This document shows, one piece after another, positions 13,930 to 26,760 of a stretch of DNA of 64,000 nucleotides; the stretch's first letter is position 1; every line of letters starts with the position of its first letter. The stretch is from Octopus bimaculoides. Lineage: Eukaryota. The DNA lies in assembly GCF_001194135.2 (NCBI RefSeq), contig NC_068981.1, positions 54,605,747 to 54,669,746 on the forward strand, written 5' to 3'. The position numbers were made by a program, and so were the translations under genes. The notes under the pieces are model-generated. The model worked only from the letters and a program-made list of their open reading frames with translations. It made no database searches and was not told where the DNA came from.

Positions 13930-14292
13930 TAGTTGTTGGCACGACGTCGAAGGTTCCAGTTGATCCGATCAACGGAACAGCCTGTTCGTGAAATTAACTT
14001 GCAAGTGGCTGAGCACTCCACAGACACGTGTATCCTTAACGTAGTTCTCGGGGATATTCAGCGTGACAAGGCTGACCCTTTGAATTACAAGCACAACAGA
14101 AACAGGAAGTAAGAGTGAGAGAAATTTGTGGTGAAAGAGTACAGCAGGGTTCGCTACCATCCCCTGCCGGAGCCTCGTGGAGCTTTAGGAGTTTTTTCGC
14201 TCAATAAACACTCACAACGCCCGGTCTGGGAATCGAAACCACGATCCTATGACCGCGAGTCCGCTGCCCTAACCACTGGGCCATTGCGCCTT
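13930..14292 (-). mobile_element. tRNA-derived SINE (family B), near full length
   Basis: Minus strand AGGCGCAATGGCCCAGTGGTTAGGGCAGCGG...GGTTTCGATTCC; the 5' part recurs on the plus strand at 32145-32288 and the 3' part near 45280-45400. Confidence 0.85.
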
Positions 14293-14962
14293 CACCATAA
14301 AAATAGTACGAATCTAGTAAAAACCATGTGATCGGAATCTTCAGAATAGGGCAAGTGCTCAACATAATAATTATGGTATCGGTGTTATGATGCTAAGAGT
14401 AGTAAATGTAGTAATGCTGCTATTTTCTTGATCGAATTTCACTACATTTCATAATATTTTCCTGTACTTTTCTGCCAGTTTTCTCCATAGAAGCTAAAAT
14501 TAGGTAGTTCATATACTCTTGACTATTTTATGAACGGCGCTAAAATTTCTCCAGTCATTCTTTTAATACACTACTCAGTGTATTAATTGCTGTAATTTTT
14601 TCTGACCTGCCGGTCTAATGGCACAACTTGGTCAATATTGTTAATTTATATTAATATTATCAATATTGTCAATTTAGTTAAAGCTAAGCCTTTAATTAAG
14701 TCTGTCCAGAGTTGCCTCTCTTCGCTATTTCCCATTGATAACAGCTAATGAGCTAGAAACGCGTCTGGGAATCCGATAGGGGGCCACATCGGACAGGAAT
14801 GGTGTTTTTACACCTTTTTATCATAAGAGAAAATTTTTTCTCCATGGTAACTGCAGTGAATTTGTCTTTAGAAGCTGAAATATGTCACAAACACATTTCA
14901 ACTAACCTAAGTTCGCTTATGCTTAAACACTGCTTGGTGTTGACACTGTTGTAATATATATA

Positions 14963-15519
14963 CTAGTGGGACCCATGGAAATTCTATTCAACAGAACGAT
15001 AAAGATAAGAGAAGCTATTTAAGAAAGAAAGATGATTTGCATTTTTATTTTTATTTAGCCAAGTATTTCACTTTCAGTCACAATGATATATTATATTTTG
15101 AAATTTACCGCCCTTTCTCTCGATCTCTTCAACAAACTTTTCAACTATGTAATTTCCGTCTTCATGTCTTTAACATTTCTCTCTTTCTCTTCACTTCTCA
15201 CTGCCACTAACTCTCTCTATCTCTTTCTTAATGTAACTGCCTCTCCTGCCCATCTTTCTTTATCTGCCTTTCTTTAACCTCACCACCAGAACATTACCCC
15301 CTGCTAAATATTGTATCCTAAACATATCTCTTTCTCTTTATCTTTCCCTCCTCACCCTACAGCACGTCGTTAACGCTTCTCTCTCCCTCTTTTCTCTCGC
15401 TGTCTTTTTCTCTCGCTCTTCGCCTCCCCCTTCAACTAACCACGAGACGTATTTGGCTTTATCATAGCCCTTTCTCTACTTCTTCCTCACTTCTTTCTTC
15501 TCTACTCACACTCCTTACC

Positions 15520-15561
<42 letters not shown>

Positions 15562-15654
15562 TTTTATCCCACCTCTCAGTCACTCCACTTCCACCCCTCT
15601 AACTAACTAAAGTATAACGGGCAAACGAACAAGCAGATTATTATATTGATAAGA
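14963..15654 (-). mobile_element. Non-autonomous Helitron-like element
   Basis: Minus strand starts A|TC.. and ends ..CCATGGGTCCCACTAG|T (insertion between A and T, 3' CTAG); AG-rich and microsatellite-containing interior. Confidence 0.55.
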
Positions 15655-15670
15655 TCTGGCAGTAATACAT

Positions 15671-15722
<52 letters not shown>

Positions 15723-15756
15723 CAAATGTAATATAATATGATATAATATATTTAAT

Positions 15757-15798
15757 CCAGACCTAGCTCGCTCGGATTATTACTTGTTTCGAAACATT
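15757..15798 (+). mobile_element. Tiny mariner transposase fragment
   Basis: PDLARSDYYLFR matches the mariner YSPDLAPSDYxLF motif. Confidence 0.5.
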
Positions 15799-16779
15799 GT
15801 ACCAACAATGTTATATAGGACCTCGCAACATCACTACGGAGCTTTAAAACTTAAACTGGTTGTGGCTAGTATTTATATTTAACAGAAATATAGAAGATTC
15901 TCTTTACATATGCACATGCATAAATTGTTCGTGTAGGTAAATTATGGATGAAGGTTCGTATCTATGAATGCCTAGTATCGTTTATTTCTGTGTGTTGTGG
16001 CTGGCAAATACTTGGTGTGCATCATTTCAGTACCAGACAACATAAAACAAAGTGACAAATCTCAAACCGTGAACTTTCAACATAACAATACGCGCGCGCG
16101 CGTGTATGTATGTATGTATGTATGTATGTATGTATGAACGAATGTATCTGTGTGTGTATGTACACGTGCAAATTTGCATGTTTTGTTTAATGTATGTCTT
16201 CTCATGCATGTACTTGCATATATAGACTTGCTCATATATACTTAAATGATAAACTTCTAGAAAGTTTTACAGATTTGTAAAACTTTCGGATCTTTTCGTG
16301 ATATGTATATATGTATGTATGTATTTATTGAAAAATAGGATTCCATGTATATCCAAGCTTACAAACTTACATCTTTGATCTATAAGAACAGAAAAAGCAA
16401 CGCATCGAAAGAGTGCATAGGAGTATTGCTAACCGAGTTCTCAAAGAAATATTTCGGAAATGATATTCAGCTATGACATCTACCGGAAATAGTCATCTAC
16501 AGTCTTATTTATTAGTGCAGGTAGAAACTGAAGCGGAAAACATTCCTGCAAATGTGCAAATAATATTCATATGCTGGTAAGAAGCCTGATAGTGAACATT
16601 CCAGGGCATATAACTAACAAACTTGCAATAAAACTGCCACCCTAATTCCAGATGCTACTGAACAAGGAGTGCATAATTCACACAGAATGATTATAACATA
16701 GTTTAGAGCAGCAAATAAGCAAGAAAATTTGCAAACTTTCAGTGACTGTTATAGATCTTATGATTCAGTGACGTGCCCT

Positions 16780-17400
16780 TGTTTTTTCTCTTCCGATTTG
16801 GATGATTGGAACCTTGATTTATCAAATGAAATGGGCAACCGGCAAATATTCCTTGCACAGTTTTATCGCTGTCGTCTCATGAAAACCTCTGCATAAAATA
16901 ATATATTACATCACGATCAACGTTTGTTTCAGGCCCAGATCTATTTGCTAAGTTACAGTCATTTCATTTAAAATACATTCGCAACAGTCAGATTACATTG
17001 GGTACAGAATTATATAATAGTTTGGCAGGTGCTGTTTATAGAAGTGATGCTGATCGTACAGATTGCAGGTACATACTACCAAATTCATTTGTAGGTAGCC
17101 CTAGATCTATGACCAAACACTACTAAGATGCTATGGATATAATAGAAAAAAATCGGTAAATCTATATAATTTGTGACTTTCGCTTATTATCCAAAGTTAC
17201 CAGAAATAGAAAATGAACTAACTATTGAGCAAACAGTTGTAAATAGCTTAGATATTACTGCAAGGGTTTTCAAGTTGAAGCAACAAAAATTATTGAAAGA
17301 TATTAAAACAGGTATCCTTAGAAAAGTTATTACATATGTGGCCACAGTTCTATTTCAAAAAAGGGTTTTAATTTCAATCACCAGCAGCATTTCCTACTAC
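16780..17400 (+). mobile_element. Helitron Rep/helicase remnant
   Basis: FYRCRLM, ILPNSFVGSPRSM..DAM, PEI..DITARVFKLK..FQKR correspond to Helitron_like_N motifs (LPxSFxGSPR, ARVFxLK, EFQKRG); stops and frameshifts present. Confidence 0.88.
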
Positions 17401-18582
17401 AAGAAACGCCGAACGATTTTAGAAGTTTTGCTGATTTATCTTCACAAGGTATGCGCTTCTAGAAAGGCCTAGTTTCATTAACACTGTACACTTGTTCTCC
17501 TTCGGCAATAACTTTCTTCATCTCCCCAGGATAATTAATAGTTGTCTACATATCAGCGATAGCAATTTTATTGTTGTGAACATTCAAGCATTTCTTAAAC
17601 CGTTCAACTAAGCCTCAAGTCTCACCTTACATTTTCTACAGATCGTCACATAAACTTTCAGTTTTCTCTTGAATGACCATCATTCAGCTTGATCGTTGAT
17701 CCATACAACCAGGAGCCGTTGCATATTAAGCATCATAGGAAATCTCCCCCTTTTCAACGTCAGATGATATCAAAGGGTGGGATATGTATGATTAAAGAAG
17801 TACTGTAATTGAAGTTAGTAGCAAGACCCATGCCAATTGAATTGATGCACAAAGTGAAGAAGAGGGGAAGTGAGCCGTAAGTATCAGCAAGTTAGTTGAA
17901 AGCAATGAAAAGCAATATCAGTTGAATTGGTTATCCTACAAACAAAGAAAAGGACAGCGAAAGGAACGGGTAGGTATTGGCAAAAATGCTGATAGCGATG
18001 GAAAACAAGGTTAGTTGAATGCACTAAGAAGTTTGAGAGGCGGAGAAGGGAGAAGTCAGGTGTTGGTAAGAATGTTTAAAGCAATGAACAAGATATAGGA
18101 GGGGAGTTAGTGAAAAGGGTATGTAGCAGTTGACAAAAATGTTGGGAGCAGTGAAAATAAAAATGTTTGTCAGAGAAAAACAAATAAATATAAAAAATTG
18201 TATTGGTAGGGCGAAGCAAGAAAAATGTACAAAGAATGGAGACGGAAAATAACATTATTTCTAAAAAATAAATAAATATTTTTTAAAAGTACATACGTAA
18301 GTATCATGATATTAATTTTTAAGATTGCTAAATTTTACCCGAGTTTTCGTAAAGAAAGAGTAACAAGCCATATTTCAAAATTAGTGGTCATTATTTACAA
18401 TTTCTGTAATTGTGGAATTCGGAAACCAGAGTTTTCGTGACGAGGGAAAGGCTTGAACTTATTTTTTCAGTTCTACAATTATGTAAAGTGGAAAACTCAC
18501 CCTGATAACATTTAGACTCAGAAAAGAAGTGGGTGTAAATAATTGTGACGACTCTATTATTTTACCGGTACTTATCTAACAG

Positions 18583-18870
18583 GTGCAGGTGTAGTTGTGC
18601 GGTAAGAAGCTTGCTTTCTAACCACGTGGTTCCGGGTTCAGTCCCGCTGCATGGTACCTTGGGCAAATGACTTCGTCGGTGGAAACTGAAAGAAGCTTGT
18701 CGTATATATACCTGTGTGTGTATGTGTCTTTGTGTCCGTGTTTGTGCCCAGCCGCAGCTCGACAACCATTGTTGGTGTGTTTACATCCCCAGTAAAAGAG
18801 ACTGATAGAATAAGTACCAGGCTTTACAAAAAATAGTATCACGGTCGATTCATTCGACTAAAAATTCTTC
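18583..18870 (+). mobile_element. tRNA-derived SINE (family C)
   Basis: GGTAAGAAGCTTGCTTTCTAACCACGTGGTTCCGGGTTCAGTCCC head; related copies at ~47212-47590 (+), 54325-54490 (+), 55180-55330 (-), 59305-59550 (+, 3' part) and 62660-62820 (-). Confidence 0.85.
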
Positions 18871-19431
18871 ATGGAAGCAAGTTAAAGATAATCTGAAGGA
18901 ATCGAAAAGAAATGTCTACTTAGACAAGATTTGAACTTAGAAATTGATATGTTTTAATCACCTTCACTACTTTCAAATTAGTTCGAATATCGATAACGTT
19001 CTATTTAAACAACGAGTTTCAAAACATTTCATGCCATTGGAGCTAAGAAATAACATATGCAAAAGAATGACGCGTTTTCATAATGGCATTGTGTGTTTTC
19101 TATATATACCTCTGGGTGGTTGCAATACCATCTGCAGACTTTGTTTTTATAGAAAATCCAATTTGGTAAAGTTCCCCCCTCTTCAAGTGAAACTTATAAT
19201 GAAACCAGCACTGCAAGCTAATGAAACATCTGTCAAATGGATTAGTTGACTATAGACATCGTGTAGTGCTATATTTGACCTAGAGAATCTCTAGTCAGTA
19301 TTCTGACAACCTCATTGACTCAACATTGGCGCATTAACGCATTAAATTATTCAGATTAGTAAGCAATAAATATGAAGAAATATATATTTTCTCACAATTA
19401 TTTCAAAATATCTACATTTCATTAAAAAATT

Positions 19432-19740
19432 TCCTTTACTATCTCATACGTAAAGAACGCGTAAACGAACACACTCACAGGCACCATACACACTCATACA
19501 CAAATTGTGTCGTCATCGTCGTCGTGGTATAAAATGTTCTTTACTATCTCGTACGTATCGAACGCACAGACACTCATATGCAAAATATGTCGTGGTGGTG
19601 ATGGTGGTGGTGGTGGTATAAGATGTCCTTTACTATGTCATATGTAACGAACGCGCAAACACACACTCACAGACACATACACACTCATATACAAAATGTG
19701 TCGTCGTCGTCGTCGTAGTATAAGATGTCCTTTACTATAG
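19432..19740. repeat. ~90-105-bp minisatellite, 3 units plus a partial
   Basis: Unit TCCTTTACTATCTCGTACGTAACGAACGC...CACTCATATACAAAATGTGTCGTCGTCG...TATAAGATG starts near 19433, 19538, 19626 and 19728. Confidence 0.8.
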
Positions 19741-19918
19741 AAAGATTATTTTAGTTAAAATATTATGTTGTTTTAATCGAAATGAAAATAAAAATTACTT
19801 GTTGACACTCGCGGGGTCTAATATTATTATTACCTTGTAAAATTTGATTTGATTTGGTGGAGCCGTTTGAGAATGCATAGGGAACAGACGGACAGACAAA
19901 GAATTTTATATATATAGA
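19741..19918 (-). mobile_element. Helitron-like non-autonomous element 5' end
   Basis: Minus strand TCTATATATATAAAATTCTTTGTCTGTCCGTCTG..., the same style as the plus-strand 29814 TCTATATATATAAATGG...CTGTCTGTCTG. Confidence 0.45.
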
Positions 19919-19919
19919 A

Positions 19920-19951
<32 letters not shown>

Positions 19952-21744
19952 AGTAATTTCAGTATTAGGAATTCTATGCTTGGGATTTGTCACTTTGTTT
20001 TCAAAAACTAATTAAAAACTAATTACACATCATTTAATGCAATGTGTTAATATGAGCTTATGATGGTTTAATTAAATGTATTCTATCATCTCTCCCTTGG
20101 CGGTAATAGTCTGTATTAGTCAGAAGATGGTTTAAGAAGTTAGCTGCTTGAGTTAATTATGTGATAAAATGTTGTCTGGTACTGAAGTGACAATACACCA
20201 AGCATTCTCCAGCCCATAAAGCACACAGAAATAAAAGCAAATATTCATTCATAGATACGAGCATACATCCACGAGCATACATCCATAATTTACTTATACA
20301 AACAATTTATACATGTGTATATGCATACAGAATTTTCTATATTTCTGTTAAATATAAATACTAGCTACAAACCGGTCTTGGTTTAAAAGCATCGTGGTGA
20401 TGCTACGTGGTCCTATGTAACATTCTTGGCAAAATGTTTGTTGTTAACGGCAAGCTTTATTTCTACATGTCTAGACATAACACCGGCTAATTAAACGAAA
20501 CATTCTGGAGATTCGTGGGGCATTTTTATAAAAGGAAGAGAGAAATAGAAAAAAGTCCCCAGTAATAAAATGAAAAAAGAAAAAAGGCAAATTTTCAGTT
20601 ACCAACTTGTTACAACCACTAGTCTACGTACATGCTGTTCCTTTATGTTTATTCTACATTTTTTTTCTTTTTATTTAAGGAATAGAAGAATGGAGCACAA
20701 AGCTTCACTGGTAAAACGAAAGAAAAAAGTGCAAAGTCCATTTCATGTGAAAAAAGACGTTTTGAAAGATATTTAGCCCGTTCAATTTTATTTACTAAAT
20801 GTTATTTAAATCCAGTTTGTCGGTCTGGGATGAATATTTGTGGATTATTGTATAAATATAATCGTATAATTTGAAAAAAAAAAAAATAAGCAGAACATTA
20901 ACATTTATGTAAAAAATCGAAGGTCTAAATCGTGGATCGACAAACTTCCTATATCATTGATTCCCTTCATGAAATCGTTGTTAATTCATTAACCCACCCT
21001 TCATCATGTAAATTTCTAAAATAAAATTTAGAAGTATAATTAATAAAAGAAATCTTGATTTAAAAATAATTCCATCATTTTTTTTATGTGTCCTTACTAC
21101 TTTTTTTTTTAAATAAGAAAAGAAATGGAATTTAATTAAAACACTTAACCAAAATATACAAAGAACAATAAAAATTCGGTCGTATTGATATAGTTGAAAT
21201 ATTTAAAGTGAAATATGCGTTTAGCGAATACAAGTTTGGTTGGAAATTAGAGTTTTAACCTTAAATTAACGTGTTCTTCGAGATTCAATTCAGTACCCTT
21301 AATATTCAAAATAGTTTCAGGTGTTTATCGAGCTCTTGAATAAATAGCCACATAAACCTTTATGGGGAAATATTTACCATTTTACTGGTCTAAATAATTA
21401 CGAGCTGCATATTAAGAAGAAACTAATCAAAACTGATTAAAAAAAGAAAAACCCATCCACCGCCACAAAAAAAAAAAAGAAGGATCAAAATATATAGTGT
21501 AAATAGTTTTAGTGTTATTATAGAGAAAAAATTCATGATAAAAATGTGATTGTCTCACGTATTATCACATTATTTCATTCCGTATTTGACAATTAAATGA
21601 AATATATGAGAAGTGTTAGGTTGCTATCCTTTTATTAAAGATCCCCTGTATCGTGTTACAATGAAGGGGTCGGTTGAAAGGAAAGAATACATAAATAATA
21701 GGCAAGGGTTACATTTCTCCACTTTACATTTCTTGATATTCGAG

Positions 21745-21781
<37 letters not shown>

Positions 21782-22890
21782 ACACACAAATTCGTAGTAT
21801 AAGAAAGATATGGATTCAGAGAATCGTGCGGCTATCACAGAAAGCTCCTCTTACGGACTCGGTTAACAGACCACATAGTAATTCACTACAGAGGAGTGTA
21901 ATGCAGAGTATCCATGCAGCTGAATCCAAATGATGTGATCGATGAAATTATTTCATGAGGAGTATATAAACCATAAAAAATCAAGAGTTATGAGAGATGA
22001 ATACATTAATTTAACCAATTGACATCCTTAGGGTTACGGCTGTTTCGATGTAGTAATAATTTCAGTGTGGAATAAATTTTGGTTACATGCTTGCATGTAA
22101 GCAAAATTTGTCGACTAGGAGGTGTAACTGTGATGTTCTGGTGATCTGATGAACTAGACTTCTTTCTCTGCATTGATTTGTGTGTGTGTGTGTGTGTTTG
22201 TGTGTACACGTGTATGTGTGAGAGAGAGAAATAGAGAATATATATATATATATATATATATANNNNNNNNNNNNNNNNNNNNNNNNNNNNNNNNNNNNNN
22301 NNNNNNNNNNNNNNNNNNNNNNNNNNNNNNNNNNNNNNNNNNNNNNNNNNNNNNNNNNNNNNNNNNNNNNNNNNNNNNNNNNNNNNNNNNNNNNNNNNNN
22401 NNNNNNNNNNNNNNNNNNNNNNNNNNNNNNNNNNNNNNNNNNNNNNNNNNNNNNNNNNNNNNNNNNNNNNNNNNNNNNNNNNNNNNNNNNNNNNNNNNNN
22501 NNNNNNNNNNNNNNNNNNNNNNNNNNNNNNNNNNNNNNNNNNNNNNNNNNNNNNNNNNNNNNNNNNNNNNNNNNNNNNNNNNNNNNNNNNNNNNNNNNNN
22601 NNNNNNNNNNNNNNNNNNNNNNNNNNNNNNNNNNNNNNNNNNNNNNNNNNNNNNNNNNNNNNNNNNNNNNNNNNNNNNNNNNNNNNNNNNNNNNNNNNNN
22701 NNNNNNNNNNNNNNNNNNNNNNNNNNNNNNNNNNNNNNNNNNNNNNNNNNNNNNNNNNNNNNNNNNNNNNNNNNNNNNNNNNNNNNNNNNNNNNNNNNNN
22801 NNNNNNNNNNNNNNNNNNNNNNNNNNNNNNNNNNNNNNNNNNNNNNNNNNNNNNNNNNNNNNNNNNNNNNNNNNNNNNNNNTGTGTGTGT

Positions 22891-22948
<58 letters not shown>

Positions 22949-23880
22949 ATTTCTCAATGCTTACAAATAATGCGGAAAAAATAAATAAATTGTTACCAGG
23001 ATAGTAAAAATTCACATAAATACCAAGGATATAACAGCCTACTTATAAAAGTAGAAATTCCAGGTTTTGGTGAAAAGTTTTTTGTATAACATAGATAAAT
23101 AAATAAATGGAGTTAAACGCAAGTGTTATTCAAATCTTTATACTTCCGACATATCTTTCGAAGAAAATATTGGTATTCCAGAAGGAATAAAATGATGTTA
23201 AACAATGCAATCTTCTCATCAGGGCAAACAAAAAAAAAAAGAGAAACAAAACGCATCAATAAGACATTTTAACGGAATGTGATTACTGCGTATATGATGA
23301 AGGAAACGCTGGTACGTTATTTAAACCGTTAATAGATATAATGTCAAAGGCAATTTATAGAAAGAGAAGGAGGAGGAAGAAAGAAATTAGCAGAAAACTA
23401 CAAGAGGAGAAATATAGTGCGATGGGTGAATGGAATAAAGATTAAAAGTGTGGAAATAAATATATTTAGTGGAAGTGAAATGTAAGAAAACAGTTAAAGG
23501 TCGAATTTTATAGACTGGTAGAAATCACTTATAGGAACTAAAGGTATGTTTTTGCCAATGTTTTCGACGATAAACGTGTTTACAAGAGAATTCTCTGAGA
23601 ACAGGATGTAATACAGCTCATCGTTACAGAGCGAGCAAAAAGATTTACCTTTATCATACGGAAAGGGTCTAGATAGAATATTCCATTCCAAATCAAATTC
23701 TATAACTATAATTATCACTGGAAAATACTCATACGGATTCTATACATGGATATTTACCTTTGGAATGAAACTATACTCCAAGTACTTTTTCTTCCTTGTT
23801 TTTTCTTCTCCGCATCGCTCTCATTTCTTACTGCAAATCTCCTCATACAGATTTAATAATCCTTAACTTCTACTATTACC

Positions 23881-23929
23881 GTCTCCGATGAAGGGATACA
23901 TTGAAATTTCCTTGAAACAGCTGTAAGAC
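23881..23929 (+). ncRNA. Minimal type-I hammerhead ribozyme motif
   Basis: GTCT-CCGATGA-[AGGGA..TCCTT]-GAA-AC-AGCT-GT-A-AGAC: stem I GTCT/AGAC, core with U4C variant, stem II 5 bp, palindromic stem III, GUA cleavage triplet. Confidence 0.72.
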
Positions 23930-24535
23930 ATTTTACATAAAATATAAATTTGTTTATACCATTGATCTCTTTATCTCATTCTTTTTATATATACACACGC
24001 TAATACACGACCCATGTTAAATTCCCCATTCATGTTGCAACCACATCTGGGGCAAAACTAGTCGGTATACAGCACTTACTCGGTATTACCTGTAACATTC
24101 GGGTCTGGTTGACTCCATTACCCACCATAACCCTTATATATATATATATATATTCAACCTACACCCACACACATTGTATAAAATTTGGGCAAAAACCTTG
24201 TGGTATGCAATAGTTAACTTCATGTTTTTCATGTCTGTTTCTTTGCTTCTTTCTTTTTTATTTTCATTATACTTGTGTTTTGTCTGTCACTATTTAGGTT
24301 TAGTCTTGTCTGTAGATTGCTGAAATAGTACACTGCTTTGGATATTCATGCTTGTACAGAATAAAATTAGAGTATGATCTCAAGAATCTCTCCAAAATTA
24401 TTATCTGATGGATAATATTGATTATGCAATATGTTAATTATATCATTTCACCAATGCACTAGGACTGTAACGATGTGTGGAAACAATTATACTAATTTAA
24501 AATGAAGAATATCGTTCAATCCATCCTCTCTTATT

Positions 24536-24537
24536 CA

Positions 24538-24595
<58 letters not shown>

Positions 24596-24790
24596 CCTAC
24601 TTCCCTACCTACCTACCTACCTACCTACCTACCTACCTACCTACCTACCTACCTACCTACTTACCTACCTACCTACCTACATACATACCTACCTACCTAC
24701 CTACCTACCTACCTACATAATACATACATACATATATATGTGTGTGTGTGTATACACACACACATATGCGCGCGCGTGTGTATGTGTGCG
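24536..24790. repeat. Compound microsatellite (CTAT)n-(CTAC)n-(CATA)n-(TG)n
   Basis: Directly visible consecutive tracts. Confidence 0.95.
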
Positions 24791-24809
24791 TGTAGAACGC
24801 TGCTGCCTA

Positions 24810-25035
24810 TAATAATTTGTCTCTGAGATCTTGCCTAAGATTTTCTGTTAAAAACACACCACTCATTGCGAATGACGTCTTGGGATCTTCAGACACTGGT
24901 GTTTCAGCCTGATTTTGTCTCTTCAATGACGAACACCCAAAGGTATTCTGAGCTGAGTGAGCTTCCTACTGAACGAACCCTGTGTTTTTAATACAGAAAG
25001 GCTCTTAAGAGAAGTTTCTCAGAGACAAAATATTA
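24810..25035. mobile_element. MITE with ~50-bp imperfect TIRs
   Basis: Left TAATAATTTGTCTCTGAGATCTTGCCTAAGATTTTCTGTTAAAAACAC versus right GTGTTTTTAATACAGAAAGGCTCTTAAGAGAAGTTTCTCAGAGACAAAATATTA. Confidence 0.7.
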
Positions 25036-25822
25036 CAGCTAGCTCCATTCTAATTCATGATATGCGTATTTTCGCAGATAATTTCTCTAAAACGAGTCAT
25101 TATTTTCTAATGAAATTTCTGTCTTTAAAATAGCTAAGAGTATTGTCATCGAAAGCTATTGTTGTTGTGGTTTAACTGAACGTCAACTCTGATTAGGTAG
25201 ACCTATGATAAAAGGCATTCAAGTCGTAACCAATCTGTCATTTTTTCAGGTAGAGTGCATCTAAATCAATGTGATTTCATGTATCCGTTTTCTTTAGGGT
25301 GGTGTTTGGTGGTAATTTGGCTGTTATTTTTAGCATGTCGACCGCCTTCGTAGAGACTCTCTTGTTGGCTCGTTATGTAATGTTTACTAGAAGAAAAGAA
25401 GTAACACAATTATCAGTTCTATAGAGTTTTTAAAGATTCTGTGTTATCAGTTTTATTTCACGAGAATTGATGGAGTAAACGTTTGATAACAATATTTAGT
25501 TGCTTATACATGGAACGCATATGAGATCTATATTTGGTTGAATTGGTGAGAGTGAAAATGTACAAAGAATTTAGAGAGAAAAAACACTTGTCAGGAATCT
25601 AACAGAAAAATGGGCTGAAGGATTTTCATCTGTACGGTCAGTATAATTAGAACAATACACAGTTATTTGGGTTATATAACAAATTTGCCATTTCAACCAG
25701 GTTTTGTTTTATCCATATTTCGTTTTGATTTGATATCGGGATAAGTTGGGGATAAAGCCTTTCGCCAGAAAGCAGTAGTTTTGCTTTGACTTATTAGATA
25801 TGGTTGCACCTCAGCTGTGATG

Positions 25823-26760
25823 TATTGGGTTTTCTGATAAATTCTTTCGTTTTTTTTTCTATTTATTTTAATCTTTATTTTTCATCAACAGTTTCAGCAA
25901 ATCAATTAGTAATATATTCTCCGTCATTGCTTACGACTTCTTGCTAACGTTCCACTAGCTTGTCAGTGACGGTAGAAATTATCGGATATGGACTCGAAGA
26001 TTTCATCGAACCACGCTTTTAGCTCCACGTCGTTGTTGCACAAAACATCTCGCAGTCTATTTGAGAGAGCGACCGAAAAAGGTAATAATTCGAAGGTACT
26101 ATACCAGGAGACAACGTGGTTTGCAGTAGAACTTTCCAACCGACCTCTTGAATGATATTTTTGGTTGAATTAACGATGTAGAGGCGTGCGTTGTCGTGTT
26201 GAAGAAATACGCCATGTCGCCGGTCGGGTCGTTTTAACTGGATCGAGCTAGCAAACTGGAGGCGATGGAGGAACACTAGAGTTTGTTTCTTTTCGTTCAG
26301 AGCGTGTGGCACCCATGCACCGAGTTTTGAACCTTACCCATCGAGTGAAGGTCACGGGAACGGCATCATGAAAGCATCCTATCCGATGGGCCAATTTCCT
26401 AATCGATTGGTGCAGATCTTCGTGGCTGAGCTCGTTCAATCAATCCTCATCGAACTGAATAAGTCGGCTAGAACGCAGAGAGTCTGCAAGGTCGAATTTT
26501 ACCTCCTTGAGGCGTGAAAACCATTTCAGTAATAGCGCCTTCTCCGTACACAGCATGTCCCGAGCGACTTCGGCAGCTTTGGAACCTTGGTTGAAACTGA
26601 AGAGAAGCAAGTATCGAAAATGTTCATTTTGTTCTACTTGACACTTAATTGTTTTATGTTTCAAAAGAAGTAAAACAAAAAAGTTGTAGAGGAAATATAA
26701 AGCTAAAATAAAACCATCAATCACTGCATTAAAATATTTTTCGCATTAATGGAAATAACA
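25823..26760 (-). mobile_element. mariner transposon, internally deleted
   Basis: CQVEQNEHFRYLLLFSFNQGSKAAE.. (N-terminal HTH), GAWVPHAL (WVPH motif), VFLQHDNAR, SPGIVPSNYYLFRSL; TIR-like TATTGGGTTTTCTGATAA at 25823. Confidence 0.9.

Noticed and set aside
13930-14292. tRNA-like sequences at SINE heads (also 166-380, 18583, 32145, 33500)
   Set aside because: Only A/B boxes are present, with no full cloverleaf; they continue into multi-copy SINE bodies, so they are not tRNA genes.
14830-14960. Dispersed repeat shared with 45060-45200 containing GAAATATGTC, possibly a decayed hammerhead
   Set aside because: There is no CUGANGA core or coherent stem II; it is kept only as an unclassified repeat.
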